Virus record (IMG/VR): IMGVR_UViG_3300032288_004964
Coordinates: 62,001-126,000 of that record
DNA length: 64,000 nt
Reading direction: 5' to 3' (one strand)
This document shows, one piece after another, positions 9,501 through 19,724 of this stretch; within the stretch, counting starts at the first letter, position 1; every line of letters starts with the position of its first letter. The notes under the pieces are model-generated. The model saw only the letters and a list, made by a program, of their open reading frames with translations, was not told the origin of the DNA and did no database searches. A program made the position numbers and the translations under genes.

Positions 9501-12348
9501 TACTGATGATTTAAATGATATTGTTCTTAGAATAGATGGTACTACTAGAACACTTCAGACCACTTATGGTATTCCTGGATTGTCCAGTATGTTATCATCC
9601 GCTTACAATATCTATTATGAGCCGGTAAATGAATCTGTTTATGTTTGGGGTAGTGCTAGTCTATATAAAATAGATAATAGTTCTCCCATTTCTATTCCTA
9701 ATGTGATTACTCAGAATTTTAATGAAATACTATTTAATAATTTGACAGGTCAAATGTATATTTCTGACTCATCATTGTCATTTCAATCATTAGATCTTAA
9801 TACGAATGCTACTTTATTTAACACTGGTCCTTCTACATATGGTTACTTAGCTCTTAATCAATATGATAGTGATATTTATTTATCATCTCTTACTACAAAT
9901 ACTATTAAAGTGATGAGTTCTATTAATGGTAGTGTTTTATATACGGCTGCTTTAACTGACCAAACTACAAAAATTATTTATGATCCCGACAGAAAGAGTG
10001 TTTGGGCTATTCAACCTAATACAAACTCCATAATAGAGATAGTTGTTAATTTGACAAGTTTTATTTCTACTTATGTTATTCCTACATCAAATATATCCGA
10101 AAATCAATATGGTACTTTAGATCCTAATTATGTTCAGAAAAATGATCTTTGGTTGAAGACAAGAGACTATATTAGAGCTCCTAGAGAGAACTTCTTAGGT
10201 GAACCAAGAGTAACATATTATTACAGATGGATGACTGATAATGTTCCTGAGATTTTCTTATATGATTTCTCTGGTGATCAACTACCAATAACTGGATCAT
10301 ACGCATATATTGGTGTTAAGCCACTTACTGAAGTTAATCTTAATAAAGTCCCTAATAGAAATTTAAATAATATTTCTTTGCCTCAAGCTCAACAAACAAT
10401 ATTTGATAGAGTTTATTATAGCTTAGACCATATTGATGAAGAAACTACTAATATTTATTTAGATCCAACTCCAATAGAGACATTTATTGGATTTAATTCA
10501 CCACAAGAAGGTGCTATAAGATCTATACTACAATTATTTAAAAGAGAGAATGTTAGTTTTGAAATTAACACAAACTCTACTAATAATGATATTATAACAT
10601 TTAAAACATTTGTTGACATTGATGGCGTTAGTAGAGGTGAAATTAAGTTGAATATCGCATCAAGTAAATACTTTGTTTATGATAGTAATGGAAATAAAAG
10701 AGGTCTTAAGTCCGGTCAGTTATTAAGAATTGATGTTAAAGATAAAACAAATACAAAGAAGCAGTATATTTCTGGAAATAGTGGTAGAATATTTAGAATA
10801 AAAAATGTTTATAATAGAACTATAGTTGTTGATTTTCTAAGAACTTCAGATTCAATGCTATTTGAAACTACCATCATCAGTAACTATCCGAAGATTGGTA
10901 AAACAACATACTTAGGTGTGACGTTTACAGCCTTAGATAGAGAGATTGGTAGATTTAATGTACTTGGCCAAACAGAAGAAGAAGATGTTAGATTTAGGGT
11001 AGAGTTGGGTAATGTTGGTAAGAACATAGGTTCTGATGAGACATTTATTTTCAAAGAATATGATATTTATGAAGGTGGTATTGATTGGACCTACTTAAAT
11101 AAAAAGAGAAAAGAGATGTTAATGCAAAAGCACCTGATATATCCATATATTGGTTCTTATAAATCAATTATAAATGCTATTAACTTCTTTGGATATAATG
11201 ACTTAGAACTAAATGAATATTATAGAAATATAAATGAGGCATCTGATAATTTTAATAAATTATTTAAGGTGGAAATTCCAGATATTTTTGATAATACTGT
11301 TGAGGGTTGGACAGAAAATGACTTTATTAAACATACTTTTCCAAATCCTAATTATGAGACTACTAATTTATTTAATCTAACTTTTAGAATAACAGATAAA
11401 GAAGGTAATAATGTTTTACTCTATAGTTTAGCTGAAGTTCAGATTAAATTACAAGGTCTAAAGTATTGGTTACAAAGAAATATAATTCCATTAACTCATA
11501 AGATATTAGATATAACAGGAAGAGCTGACTTTGTTGGTGTGAAAACCATAGAACACCGTTCTTTTGATATACATCAATTTAATGTAAAACAGAATATGTC
11601 TCCAGTTTCATTTAAATTAAATGAAGCTTACTTGATGCCGGTTAATAGTGGATCAACTCAATATACTTGTGTACTAGATTTTAACTTATTATCATCTTCT
11701 ACATATTCAAGTAGTTTATCAACATATCCAAGTGCTTCTACCGCTTCTATTCCTGACTTTTATAATATTTCTATAAGAACTTATAAGACATATCCAGAAT
11801 GGAATCCATTTGTTACTTATCAAACTGGTGATAATATTATCTATTATAATAAATTATATCAATCTGTTATTGATAACAATAGAGTTAAGAATCCTAGAAA
11901 ATATGATTCTTCTATTGAATGGTCTTATCCATCTGGTACATATAGTTTTACAGTTGGTCAAGTTTATAAATATGATAGAGATTATTATGTTTATAGCGGA
12001 ATAGGAGTTTCATCTGCTACTTCATCAACATATTCAACAATTACACCTAATAAAGACAGTAGTAATTGGTTAAATGTTACAGAATGGAGAGAAATGGATT
12101 TTATGCCTGTTCAAAGTTTCTCAGAGTTTAGGGGAATTGATAATTTATATCCTTATAACTTTACAATAGATTCAAATATAGATCCTTTCTTAGTTATTGA
12201 AATAACATCTGATAATGGTTATGGTCAGACTTATAGAGATAGAAAGAACTATGAGATAAGAGGATTACTTGATATAAGAAATGGAATAGTTACCTATGAC
12301 CCAATTGGTCCATTTGTTCCAATTAATCAAATAACAACTTTACCTTAA
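6505..12348 (+). CDS. Large virion (baseplate/fibre) protein with beta-propeller region
   Basis: 1947 aa, S/T/N/Y-rich. YVTN-like blades (FNSINNYLY, INTFNGDIY, FNEFEKDMY); baseplate-wedge-like GSYKSIINAINFFGY. Confidence 0.65.
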   Translation: MSNHKNLIWYNKEGDYLNFRYSDTTDRFEGNILFHENSTDTFKTYGLYMFERIPAFEYEVPGILTLAKFQLFNEYGMDIHGAKYATQSVTLIEPVNNDPDFFSKWIYGVNFESKFPIGTHIVFDTPFLEFTNSQQTYIVVASKKNAIMVISLMDNQTFETTFYTTYSDPTQYGNIYISGLNLIGVYNYIDNFYNNNLSNWNEPNFYDKYTKGRRLNIVNSTKNKNADNRFTQKVVTVVDDNLTDTIYFEYDLPSVSLPTNTDLIIELVTKTDLPLIYTGPLSISTNSISFGTSTVPIILKPGIVFKINGSVNNTSFYTVDSILNFTSNNQSIYYATQSLVTYDNRIYECIQAYTQSGVSPDISEYFTNKVGLSTGYEITPDNTVYWKLATYIPVSETLVSENLLSSQIYLDSNKLYFTQGFTQSQAITLASVAENYADQFKLFNVDLYYSVNKLKADLMYPTRYVDVNYYHTQVGATYSIGSGFVINYERVVRVEQELVTELNYDISENFDYNIVFTDLDEYGLIIKINKMVYQEEIDWVYSGIAVDMVRTIDRTLRNWLTRNHPRLVTLGIFATLQYIGSGYSIFFNSIKLTTEYPNVPIDFTVQVGTTADFYIEHSRVLFNEMGSYLGVKINNRDYSIGVTYSTYPTTVDIPGTLQLWSDEYSDTLQDFGIYTTIINNMIKFDVKEQDQRLEYEFSIGKSTLPGLPGYSIIRKMKGNVGLIITSNQIQLPGPTYSLEEAGFATGMVVAINNTIHPYNNQEFVVLGLDPDRIDLSYEGPFWGLTNDICSVSPFVNIAFNLGFGATGCPTPVGPTGAGGGPFNQYQFSNLMFSISYNPNSYIINTYNLSSYQGTSNMVDITYVQLSNSIYALGDDITVMDSYFADYLTTISLPGNTQSLHLKFNSINNYLYSLSKNILYVIDPLLNTVISTITLANDAFGIEINTFNGDIYISYQNTNRIDIYNYLNVLVTTLTSGLSWSTGKTYNMAFNEFEKDMYVITDDLNDIVLRIDGTTRTLQTTYGIPGLSSMLSSAYNIYYEPVNESVYVWGSASLYKIDNSSPISIPNVITQNFNEILFNNLTGQMYISDSSLSFQSLDLNTNATLFNTGPSTYGYLALNQYDSDIYLSSLTTNTIKVMSSINGSVLYTAALTDQTTKIIYDPDRKSVWAIQPNTNSIIEIVVNLTSFISTYVIPTSNISENQYGTLDPNYVQKNDLWLKTRDYIRAPRENFLGEPRVTYYYRWMTDNVPEIFLYDFSGDQLPITGSYAYIGVKPLTEVNLNKVPNRNLNNISLPQAQQTIFDRVYYSLDHIDEETTNIYLDPTPIETFIGFNSPQEGAIRSILQLFKRENVSFEINTNSTNNDIITFKTFVDIDGVSRGEIKLNIASSKYFVYDSNGNKRGLKSGQLLRIDVKDKTNTKKQYISGNSGRIFRIKNVYNRTIVVDFLRTSDSMLFETTIISNYPKIGKTTYLGVTFTALDREIGRFNVLGQTEEEDVRFRVELGNVGKNIGSDETFIFKEYDIYEGGIDWTYLNKKRKEMLMQKHLIYPYIGSYKSIINAINFFGYNDLELNEYYRNINEASDNFNKLFKVEIPDIFDNTVEGWTENDFIKHTFPNPNYETTNLFNLTFRITDKEGNNVLLYSLAEVQIKLQGLKYWLQRNIIPLTHKILDITGRADFVGVKTIEHRSFDIHQFNVKQNMSPVSFKLNEAYLMPVNSGSTQYTCVLDFNLLSSSTYSSSLSTYPSASTASIPDFYNISIRTYKTYPEWNPFVTYQTGDNIIYYNKLYQSVIDNNRVKNPRKYDSSIEWSYPSGTYSFTVGQVYKYDRDYYVYSGIGVSSATSSTYSTITPNKDSSNWLNVTEWREMDFMPVQSFSEFRGIDNLYPYNFTIDSNIDPFLVIEITSDNGYGQTYRDRKNYEIRGLLDIRNGIVTYDPIGPFVPINQITTLP

Positions 12349-12349
12349 T

Positions 12350-12379
12350 AAAAAACCTCTTATAATTAAGAGGTTTTTT
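12350..12379. terminator. Bidirectional intrinsic terminator
   Basis: AAAAAACCTCTTA..TAAGAGGTTTTTT. Confidence 0.85.
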
Positions 12380-12380
12380 A

Positions 12381-13709
12381 TTATTTATTAGGTGTTTCGC
12401 TTGGGAGTGGCTTTTTTCCACCACCTTTACCACCTTTTTTATTCTTTTCTTCAGGTACTCCCTTTTCAAATTCAGAGTAAACATCAGGATAAACATCACC
12501 TTCAGCATCTTGGTCATATTTTATCTCAAAAAAATCACCAAAGTCAAGAAGACCAGCTCTTGTTAATTCAACCTCTTGTGCTTTGTTTAGATATTTTTCA
12601 ATATAAACATTTATATCATCAACAAATTTATTAAATAAAATAACTGTATTATCTGTGAATAAACCAATAGGCTTTTTTCTCTTCTTATTAAAAGAACCAA
12701 GTACAACTTTAAAAATGTATTCTAGTTTAGAATCTTCTTTAATATAATCTTTAGTTAGTTTATTATTAATAAGTTCTGTGTTAATTTTAAATTTATCTTT
12801 ATCAAAGAATTGAGGAACTACAAAATCAAATTCAATAAGATCTTGTTTAACTTCAGAAACATAAATATTAAATAATTTGGAAATCAAATAGATATAAATC
12901 TCATCTTTTTTCTCACCTTTTAGTTTAATATCTTCAATGTTTACTGATTGACAAAAATTTAAGAAGTTAATTAATATAAGAGTGTATATTTCAACAAAGT
13001 CAGTTGAATTATTATCACTAATTCTCTTATAAAGTGGATTTAATAACTCAAATGAAATATCTTTATCATCACTTCTGATAATTAACTTTTCTAAGTTTTT
13101 CTGGAAGTCTTCTTCCATTAAAAATGAATTAGTGGAAGTAGGATTTAATATTTTATAGAAGAAGAAAGCAAATGATTTTTCACCAAAAATATATTCTAAG
13201 TCATCATCACTAGTATTAATAAAATACTTAATAGCTTCTTTCATTCTCTCAGTTAATTTACCTTGAAATAAAATAGGAATCATATCAACATCAAATAACC
13301 TAGCATATTCATCTAACTCATCTATTGAAAATTCATACTTACCACTTTTATTAATAGCAGTAATAACTAAGTTGTTTTTAGGGACTTTAGAATATTCTAT
13401 ATTAGCTGGTTGATTATCAGGAAAGTATTCAAAACAAAACCACCATTTTTTATTTAGTAGAGATTTAACTCTTTGATCCAATGAATTAAAATAATTAATA
13501 GCAGGGTTGTAATAGTTTTGCATAGCTAAGTCAATTAGATTTATTGACTCATTTCCAATTGATTTTGGTTTGATAGTAAATTCATTACCATCCCAACTTA
13601 CCCAAATTTTACTACCTTGTATATCTTCAAATACTGTTATTTCAGAATCAAATAGATTGTTTATTAAAGTCTCATCATTTAACCCATTCAGTGTTACTAG
13701 TTTACTCAT
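12381..13709 (-). CDS. RNA-ligase (Rnl2)-fold protein with degenerate catalytic motifs
   Basis: VFEDIQGS (cf. TEKIHGT), FCFEY, IPILFQG, LEKLIIR (cf. EGvVIR) in ligase order; motif I Lys absent. Confidence 0.45.
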   Translation of the reverse strand: MSKLVTLNGLNDETLINNLFDSEITVFEDIQGSKIWVSWDGNEFTIKPKSIGNESINLIDLAMQNYYNPAINYFNSLDQRVKSLLNKKWWFCFEYFPDNQPANIEYSKVPKNNLVITAINKSGKYEFSIDELDEYARLFDVDMIPILFQGKLTERMKEAIKYFINTSDDDLEYIFGEKSFAFFFYKILNPTSTNSFLMEEDFQKNLEKLIIRSDDKDISFELLNPLYKRISDNNSTDFVEIYTLILINFLNFCQSVNIEDIKLKGEKKDEIYIYLISKLFNIYVSEVKQDLIEFDFVVPQFFDKDKFKINTELINNKLTKDYIKEDSKLEYIFKVVLGSFNKKRKKPIGLFTDNTVILFNKFVDDINVYIEKYLNKAQEVELTRAGLLDFGDFFEIKYDQDAEGDVYPDVYSEFEKGVPEEKNKKGGKGGGKKPLPSETPNK

Positions 13710-13763
13710 AATTTTTATACTTTGTTTTTGATTTTTGTTTTATATCAAATTATATATTAATAA

Positions 13764-14078
13764 TTACTTATTACTTAAAAAATTGGTAATTATAATCAAA
13801 TCTTCTTCATAATTACCTGTTAGATTACTCTCTAATCCACCCGCTTTTAGATATTCATTATGTAATCTTATATAATCATCTTCAAAGAATAAGTCTTTTG
13901 TTAGATCATTTTTAGAACTACTATTTTCAACATCTTTAACATTAACTAATGATGTATCTGTTTGAGTAATTGTTTTATTTTGAAGTCTTGTTTCACCGTA
14001 AGCTGGCCCAATCGGACCTACCAATTCTGTTCCCGATACTTCTTCATTTATAAAATCATTAAATTTTTTAATCTTCAT
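13764..14078 (-). CDS. Hypothetical, putative head-packaged protein
   Basis: Likely start at 14078: MKIKKFNDFINEE. Confidence 0.55.
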   Translation of the reverse strand: MKIKKFNDFINEEVSGTELVGPIGPAYGETRLQNKTITQTDTSLVNVKDVENSSSKNDLTKDLFFEDDYIRLHNEYLKAGGLESNLTGNYEEDLIIITNFLSNK

Positions 14079-14526
14079 CTTTAGTTGGTATTTTTTCAAA
14101 ATATTCATCTTGTTCTTGTAATGAATATTCATCTTTTTTGGTGTTATAGATTATATTGTAAAGGAATTTATCTTCTAATTTATGTTTATTGTCTCCTTTC
14201 ATGATAACTATACAAGATTCATCTTCAAATGAGTTAGTTATTCCAATTATTGGCAAACCTATTTTACCATTTCTATCATGTAAGTCACATATTACCTTTT
14301 TACCTTTCTCTAAAAGAGAAGATATTTTACTAAAAGTAGTATTTTTTGAAAGATATAAGAAGTCTTTCATATCATCATCTTTGGTGTTTTGATATAAATC
14401 TAAAAACCTTTTCTCTCTTTCTGATAATTTAGATTTACCAGAAACTTTATCCAATATTCTATTCATTTCTATTTCTTTAACAGATTCACCAAATAAATAA
14501 TATTTAAGTATTTTTTTAATTTTCAT
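14068..14526 (-). CDS. Hypothetical protein
   Basis: ORF after TATATA promoter; MNRILDKVS..LSEREKRFL motif. Confidence 0.55.
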   Translation of the reverse strand: MKIKKILKYYLFGESVKEIEMNRILDKVSGKSKLSEREKRFLDLYQNTKDDDMKDFLYLSKNTTFSKISSLLEKGKKVICDLHDRNGKIGLPIIGITNSFEDESCIVIMKGDNKHKLEDKFLYNIIYNTKKDEYSLQEQDEYFEKIPTKDED

Positions 14527-14610
14527 ATTATAAAAATTCTTTTACTTTAAGTTATATATTAATTAAGGATATATGTTTTTTTATATATACTATGTAAAAT
14601 TAATTTTTAA

Positions 14611-17600
14611 ATGGATAAGCAACTACTACAAGCTCTCGATAATCTATCTATCGCATTAGAGAAGATATCCGATACTCTAAATAAGAAGGATTCAAAATCA
14701 TCTACTGGGAAGGCTATGGAGAGTGGTAATTTTGGAGGTCAGCTAAAAGAGATAAGTAATGGTATTAAAAAATTGATATCTGATAATCAAAAAATTCTTA
14801 AGAATCAGGATACTATTATAGCTCTATCAAAGAAAAAAGAGTCTGATAAAAAGACTGGTGTTTTAGAAGAAGCGGGTGGTGATAAGAAGAAGGAAAGCAA
14901 TATTAAAAAAGGTGTTGGTACTATACTTTTAATTGCGGTTGCTGTTTTAGCAATTGGTATGGCATTTAAATTAGTTGGTAATGTAGACTTCTTATCGGTT
15001 GTTGGTCTGGCCTTAGCCATGACTCTTGTATCAATAGCTTTTGAAAAAATATCTAAGTTAAAAATATCTACAAAAGATGCACTTAACACTTCTTATGTTT
15101 TACTAATTATAGCTGGTGTTATAACAATATCATCTTGGATATTAGCCTTAGTTATACCTCTTAGTTTTGGTAAAGCACTAACCGCGATATTAATTGCTGG
15201 AGTGTTTACTATTTTATCATACGGATTAAAGAATATAATAACTGCTTTAAAGGGTGTTAATATATTTGCCTTAATGACAACTATGGAGTATTTACCATTT
15301 ATATTCTTTGCTTTATCAACCGCAATCGCTTTATCATCATATGTATTGGCATTGGTTTTACCACTTAGTTTTAGCAAGGCTATAACCGCTATTTTAATTG
15401 CGGCTGTATTTGCGGTAATATCTTATGGGTTGAAAAATATAATGACAGCTTTTAAAGGTGTTAAAATACTTGATATATTCGCAGCTGCTGAGTTTATACC
15501 TATGATATTTTTATCACTATCAACCGCTATAGCTTTGTCTTCATATGTATTAGCATTAGTTATGCCTATTGGACTTGGTCAGGCAATAACTGCTATTTTA
15601 ATTGCGGCTGTATTTGCGGTAATATCATATGGATTAAAAAATATAATGAAATCATTTGAAGGTATTTCGGTTGACTCAATAGCTGAAGCTATTGTTGCAA
15701 TACCATTTATATTTATAGGTCTTTCTTTTGCTATTGCTGCTTCATCTTGGTTATTAGCGATGGTTGTTCCTATAACATTTGCACAAGCTTTGACATCTAT
15801 AGCTATATCTGTTGTTTTTGTTGTCTTATCATTTGCAGCGTCTCTTATATTAAAGGCAATTAGTGGAATAAGCAATTCTAAGTTGATAGCAGCATCTATA
15901 ATAATGCCAATTTTATTCACTGCTATGTCACTTGCAATAATGGTTTCTTCATATTTACTTGCTCAGACACAGGAGATACCATTCATGAAATTACTTAGTA
16001 TTCTTGGACTAGCAGTGACCGTTGCTGTCGCTGCCGTGGTTCTTGGATTAGCAGCCATAATACTAAATAAATTAGGAGGGATAACAGATTATATAAAGGG
16101 TGGAATAGCAATACTTATAATATCTGCTACTATTATGGCAGCATCTTTAATTTTAAGTTATGGTACATATGATGAGGGTAAATATCCTAGCTGGGAATGG
16201 GCTCTTGGTGTTGGAATGAGTTTAGCCGCTTTTGGAATTGGTGCTGTTTTATTAGGAACACAAGTACTTAATCCTTTCTTCTATGCTGGGTTAGGTGTAA
16301 TTTTACTTGTATCTGCTACTATTCTTGCAACATCACTAATATTAGCTGAGGGTGAATATAATGAAAGTAAATTTCCATCAATGTCTTGGATGTTAGGTGC
16401 TACCGGAACTATATTAGCAATGTCTCTGGTGGCCGTTGCTATAGCATTCCTTTCACCTCTAATTGTACTTGGTTCTATTGCAATAATGACTGTTGCTCTA
16501 ACTATTATGTTAGTAGATAAAGCATTATCGGAAGGTAAATTCAAATCATATCCATCAGATAAATGGATGTTAGGTGCTGTTAAAACGATACTTGAAATGT
16601 CTATGGTGGCTGTAGCATTGGCTATCTTCACGCCTTTAATTATTTTAGGATCTATTGCTATAATGACATCAGCTTTAACTATAATGTTGATTGATAAAGT
16701 ATTTTCAGAGGGAAAATTTAAATCATATCCATCAGATAAATGGATGAGTGGATCTACTAAATCAATATTGAAGATTGCTATGATATCTGTTGGGTTGGCT
16801 TTCTTCCTTCCTTTAATTATTTTAGGAGCTATTTCAATATTATTAACAGCCGCAAGTATAAAAGAAGTTGATGATATACTTAGAGAAGGTGAGTATAAAA
16901 AATATCCATCAAAAGAATGGATTGATGGTGTCTCGGAAACACTAACAAAGTGGACGGGTCTAATGGATAATATTTCATTTGGAGATGTTGTCGGTGGTGC
17001 GATAGCTGACTTTTTTGGTGGTGGATTAGGTGACATAGCTGAGTCAATAGTATCAGTTGATAATATTCTAAAAACAGGAGATTATAAAACATATCCATCT
17101 AAACAATGGATAGACGGTGTGGGTCTTTCTTTAATGTCAATGAGTAGTATAATGGCCGGTGATTTAGAGGTTGATGACGATATACTTGGTGTTGCTGATA
17201 TGTTAGTTTTAATAGCAGCTAAGATAAAGGCTAATATTGCGGTATTCAATTCTAGTATTAATCCTGGTTTTATGAAATCAATAGCATCAAATATAACATC
17301 ATATGTTGAATTAGCTAAATATGTAGCTGGTAACTATCCAGGTCAAAAAGGTGGATTGGTTGGTGCTGTTCAGGGTATGTTATTTGGAGCAGATTCGACT
17401 CAAGATCCAATGGATAGAGTAGTTAATGGAATGGTTAAATTAGGAAATGCTTATGCTAAATTAAGTCAGTCTATACAGAATTTTGGTAATGCGATTAATG
17501 CTATTGATGCTGAGAAATTATCAGCTATTAAATCATTCACATCAAATGTAATTTTAATGTCTTTAATGGATCCTGATATGTTTGAGGACATGTTAGATAG

Positions 17601-17853
17601 ATTAGAGGATAAAGCAGGTGTATTTGTTGATGCTATAAATGAAATAGACTCGGATAAAGAGGATGTTAAAAAACCAGCAAGTGTTAATGCTGGCAAGGGA
17701 GCAAAAACACCACCAGATCCAAATCAACAAAAAATGATTCAGTTATTAACCGCTATGGATGCTAAGTTAGGTACAATTGCTAAAAACTCTGGAACATTAG
17801 CAGACTACACAAATGAGTTAAGAACATCTTCTGGTGTTAAAGTAAAAAAATAA
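14611..17853 (+). CDS. Tape-measure-like protein with hydrophobic repeats
   Basis: 1080 aa; ~68-aa Ala/Ile/Leu repeats and YPSxxW repeats; coiled-coil termini. Confidence 0.6.
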   Translation: MDKQLLQALDNLSIALEKISDTLNKKDSKSSTGKAMESGNFGGQLKEISNGIKKLISDNQKILKNQDTIIALSKKKESDKKTGVLEEAGGDKKKESNIKKGVGTILLIAVAVLAIGMAFKLVGNVDFLSVVGLALAMTLVSIAFEKISKLKISTKDALNTSYVLLIIAGVITISSWILALVIPLSFGKALTAILIAGVFTILSYGLKNIITALKGVNIFALMTTMEYLPFIFFALSTAIALSSYVLALVLPLSFSKAITAILIAAVFAVISYGLKNIMTAFKGVKILDIFAAAEFIPMIFLSLSTAIALSSYVLALVMPIGLGQAITAILIAAVFAVISYGLKNIMKSFEGISVDSIAEAIVAIPFIFIGLSFAIAASSWLLAMVVPITFAQALTSIAISVVFVVLSFAASLILKAISGISNSKLIAASIIMPILFTAMSLAIMVSSYLLAQTQEIPFMKLLSILGLAVTVAVAAVVLGLAAIILNKLGGITDYIKGGIAILIISATIMAASLILSYGTYDEGKYPSWEWALGVGMSLAAFGIGAVLLGTQVLNPFFYAGLGVILLVSATILATSLILAEGEYNESKFPSMSWMLGATGTILAMSLVAVAIAFLSPLIVLGSIAIMTVALTIMLVDKALSEGKFKSYPSDKWMLGAVKTILEMSMVAVALAIFTPLIILGSIAIMTSALTIMLIDKVFSEGKFKSYPSDKWMSGSTKSILKIAMISVGLAFFLPLIILGAISILLTAASIKEVDDILREGEYKKYPSKEWIDGVSETLTKWTGLMDNISFGDVVGGAIADFFGGGLGDIAESIVSVDNILKTGDYKTYPSKQWIDGVGLSLMSMSSIMAGDLEVDDDILGVADMLVLIAAKIKANIAVFNSSINPGFMKSIASNITSYVELAKYVAGNYPGQKGGLVGAVQGMLFGADSTQDPMDRVVNGMVKLGNAYAKLSQSIQNFGNAINAIDAEKLSAIKSFTSNVILMSLMDPDMFEDMLDRLEDKAGVFVDAINEIDSDKEDVKKPASVNAGKGAKTPPDPNQQKMIQLLTAMDAKLGTIAKNSGTLADYTNELRTSSGVKVKK
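15382..15649 (+). repeat. Near-identical 64-nt direct repeat (204-nt period) within the tape-measure-like gene
   Basis: ataacYgctattttaattgcggctgtatttgcggtaatatcWtatgg at 15382 and 15586. Confidence 0.85.
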
Positions 17854-17854
17854 T

Positions 17855-17880
17855 AAACAAATAATACTTATTTCATATAA
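17855..17880 (+). promoter_or_regulatory. AAAC-N16-ATATAA promoter
   Basis: Recurring motif. Confidence 0.55.
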
Positions 17881-17885
17881 TTGAT

Positions 17886-18317
17886 ATGAAGAACATTTCT
17901 TTATTCAAGAAAATTAAACTTTTTAGAGAGTTTAAAAAGCAGATTAAAAACAGTAAAGAAGATTTAGAAAGAACTCTAAATATAAGAGTTGATAAGTCTT
18001 ATAGACTATACACTGTTTTAAACATACCTGAAGACTTGGTAGGTGAGGCTTATAGTCTTAAAAAATCCGATATTGATAGAATATCTGAAAATTTTACAAG
18101 AGAATATACACTTGGTGTGTCTAGATTTTTAGATACAAAGGGATTAAAAGAACTTTATGAGATATATGAGATTAGAAAAGTTGATAAATATTCTTATCTA
18201 ATTGTTATAGGATATTCTTTATTTAAAAGTAATAAGTATTATGATACTTTATATTATAGAGTTATACCTGGTGGTATTATACTTTCTATTATTTTATCTC
18301 TTATTTTACTACTATAA
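17886..18317 (+). CDS. Hypothetical protein with C-terminal membrane anchor
   Basis: Ends GGIILSIILSLILLL. Confidence 0.6.
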   Translation: MKNISLFKKIKLFREFKKQIKNSKEDLERTLNIRVDKSYRLYTVLNIPEDLVGEAYSLKKSDIDRISENFTREYTLGVSRFLDTKGLKELYEIYEIRKVDKYSYLIVIGYSLFKSNKYYDTLYYRVIPGGIILSIILSLILLL

Positions 18318-18369
18318 CTAAACTTTTTAATCATTTTCAATTATAAAAAAAAACAAAAACAAAATAAAT

Positions 18370-18801
18370 ATGGATAATTTCTATGAATTGTCGGAAGACA
18401 CAATATCTAAATTTTTAGAGGTTTTTAATAAAAAAACTTTCCCAGTTTCTATCAAATTTCAATTTGAAGGAGATGAAAAACAAAAAGAACTTATTAAAAT
18501 ATCAGTAATCCCACCAAAGTACCAATTTATAATTGGTAAGGATTTATTAGTATCAATTAATGAAGATATTCTAAATGTATTTGATGACGAATCAGTAACT
18601 ATTTTACTTGAACAAGAAATTGACAAAATCAATATGAATATTGAGACTGGTAAAATTAAACTTGTTAAAACAGATTTAAATACATTCTCATCACTTGTAA
18701 ATAAGTATGGTGTTGAAAAAGTAGCTAGAGCTAATAAGGTTGAAGAACTTTATAAAGAACAACAAAAAGATGCTGCTCAAGACGAAGAATTTATTGTATA
18801 A
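18370..18801 (+). CDS. Putative phage-metallopeptidase-like protein lacking HExxH
   Basis: LLEQEIDKI...DLNTFSSLVNKYG parallels HELxHI...HDvEeF..iv.ryG. Confidence 0.35.
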   Translation: MDNFYELSEDTISKFLEVFNKKTFPVSIKFQFEGDEKQKELIKISVIPPKYQFIIGKDLLVSINEDILNVFDDESVTILLEQEIDKINMNIETGKIKLVKTDLNTFSSLVNKYGVEKVARANKVEELYKEQQKDAAQDEEFIV

Positions 18802-18815
18802 AAATATAAATCAAA

Positions 18816-19067
18816 ATGAGTATTACACACGGACAACATCACGGTCAAAACTATGTTTCGGCTTTGAAGAAGAAATATGAGTTTCAAATGGAAGAAGCAA
18901 AGGCAAATTTAGCACTTTACTTTTCAAATACAAATCTTGCAGCAATTGGAGAACACTCTGATCTATTAACAGAACATGATAAGTGGATTGAACAATATGC
19001 AAATGCTAAAGATAAATTAGAGACACTGATGTCTTTGTATGACACAGTAACCAATATTAACGGATAA
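18816..19067 (+). CDS. Conserved small myophage protein
   Basis: A.AN...Y....AIGEHSDL..E.DK pattern. Confidence 0.55.
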   Translation: MSITHGQHHGQNYVSALKKKYEFQMEEAKANLALYFSNTNLAAIGEHSDLLTEHDKWIEQYANAKDKLETLMSLYDTVTNING

Positions 19068-19085
19068 AAATAAAAAATAAATAAT

Positions 19086-19724
19086 ATGAAAATAGAAACT
19101 AATGTAATTAAACCAGAAATTAAATTTCTTGAGAATGATGTTGAAAATATCATCATTACTCCTGAATATGAATCACCGCTTGATTCTAAACTTCAAGGAG
19201 TTGAAGAATTTATGAAGGCTAATGGTGGTAAAGGAAAGTCAGAATCTGAAAAAGATGAACTTTATAAACAATCACAACAATTGTGGCAAGATTTAGCTCT
19301 TTGTTTAAGAGATACAAAATATAATTTCCATCTTAACAGACCACAGTGGAAATTTTTAACTGATTTAGTTCTGGTTAAACTAGAATATGATGTGAATACT
19401 GTTTTCTTTGCAATAGAACTAACAGATCTTTTGGGCTCTATGAAAGATGTTAAATATTCAAATGATAAAGACCTAATTGCTTTTCCAGTTAATGCAACTG
19501 AAATCACTTATATCTATCATTTAATATCAAAACACAATGTAAAGGGTTTATCAAAAGATTCTTATACATTCGCACAGATTCTTAAAAGAATTGGTGCTAT
19601 CAGTAAGGTATTTAATTACTATGATACAACAATTAAAAATCTTTCAACTGAAATCCAAGATTGGATTACTTCACTTGAAGATGGTGTTACCATAGAAGGT
19701 AAAGCAGAATCAGAAACTGTTTAA
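19086..19724 (+). CDS. Hypothetical protein
   Basis: 212-aa ORF in operon, followed by a terminator. Confidence 0.6.
   Translation: MKIETNVIKPEIKFLENDVENIIITPEYESPLDSKLQGVEEFMKANGGKGKSESEKDELYKQSQQLWQDLALCLRDTKYNFHLNRPQWKFLTDLVLVKLEYDVNTVFFAIELTDLLGSMKDVKYSNDKDLIAFPVNATEITYIYHLISKHNVKGLSKDSYTFAQILKRIGAISKVFNYYDTTIKNLSTEIQDWITSLEDGVTIEGKAESETV

Noticed and set aside
14805-17696. Several antisense ORFs (up to 251 aa) inside the tape-measure-like gene
   Set aside because: Shadow frames caused by Ala/Ile-rich codon bias; no motifs.
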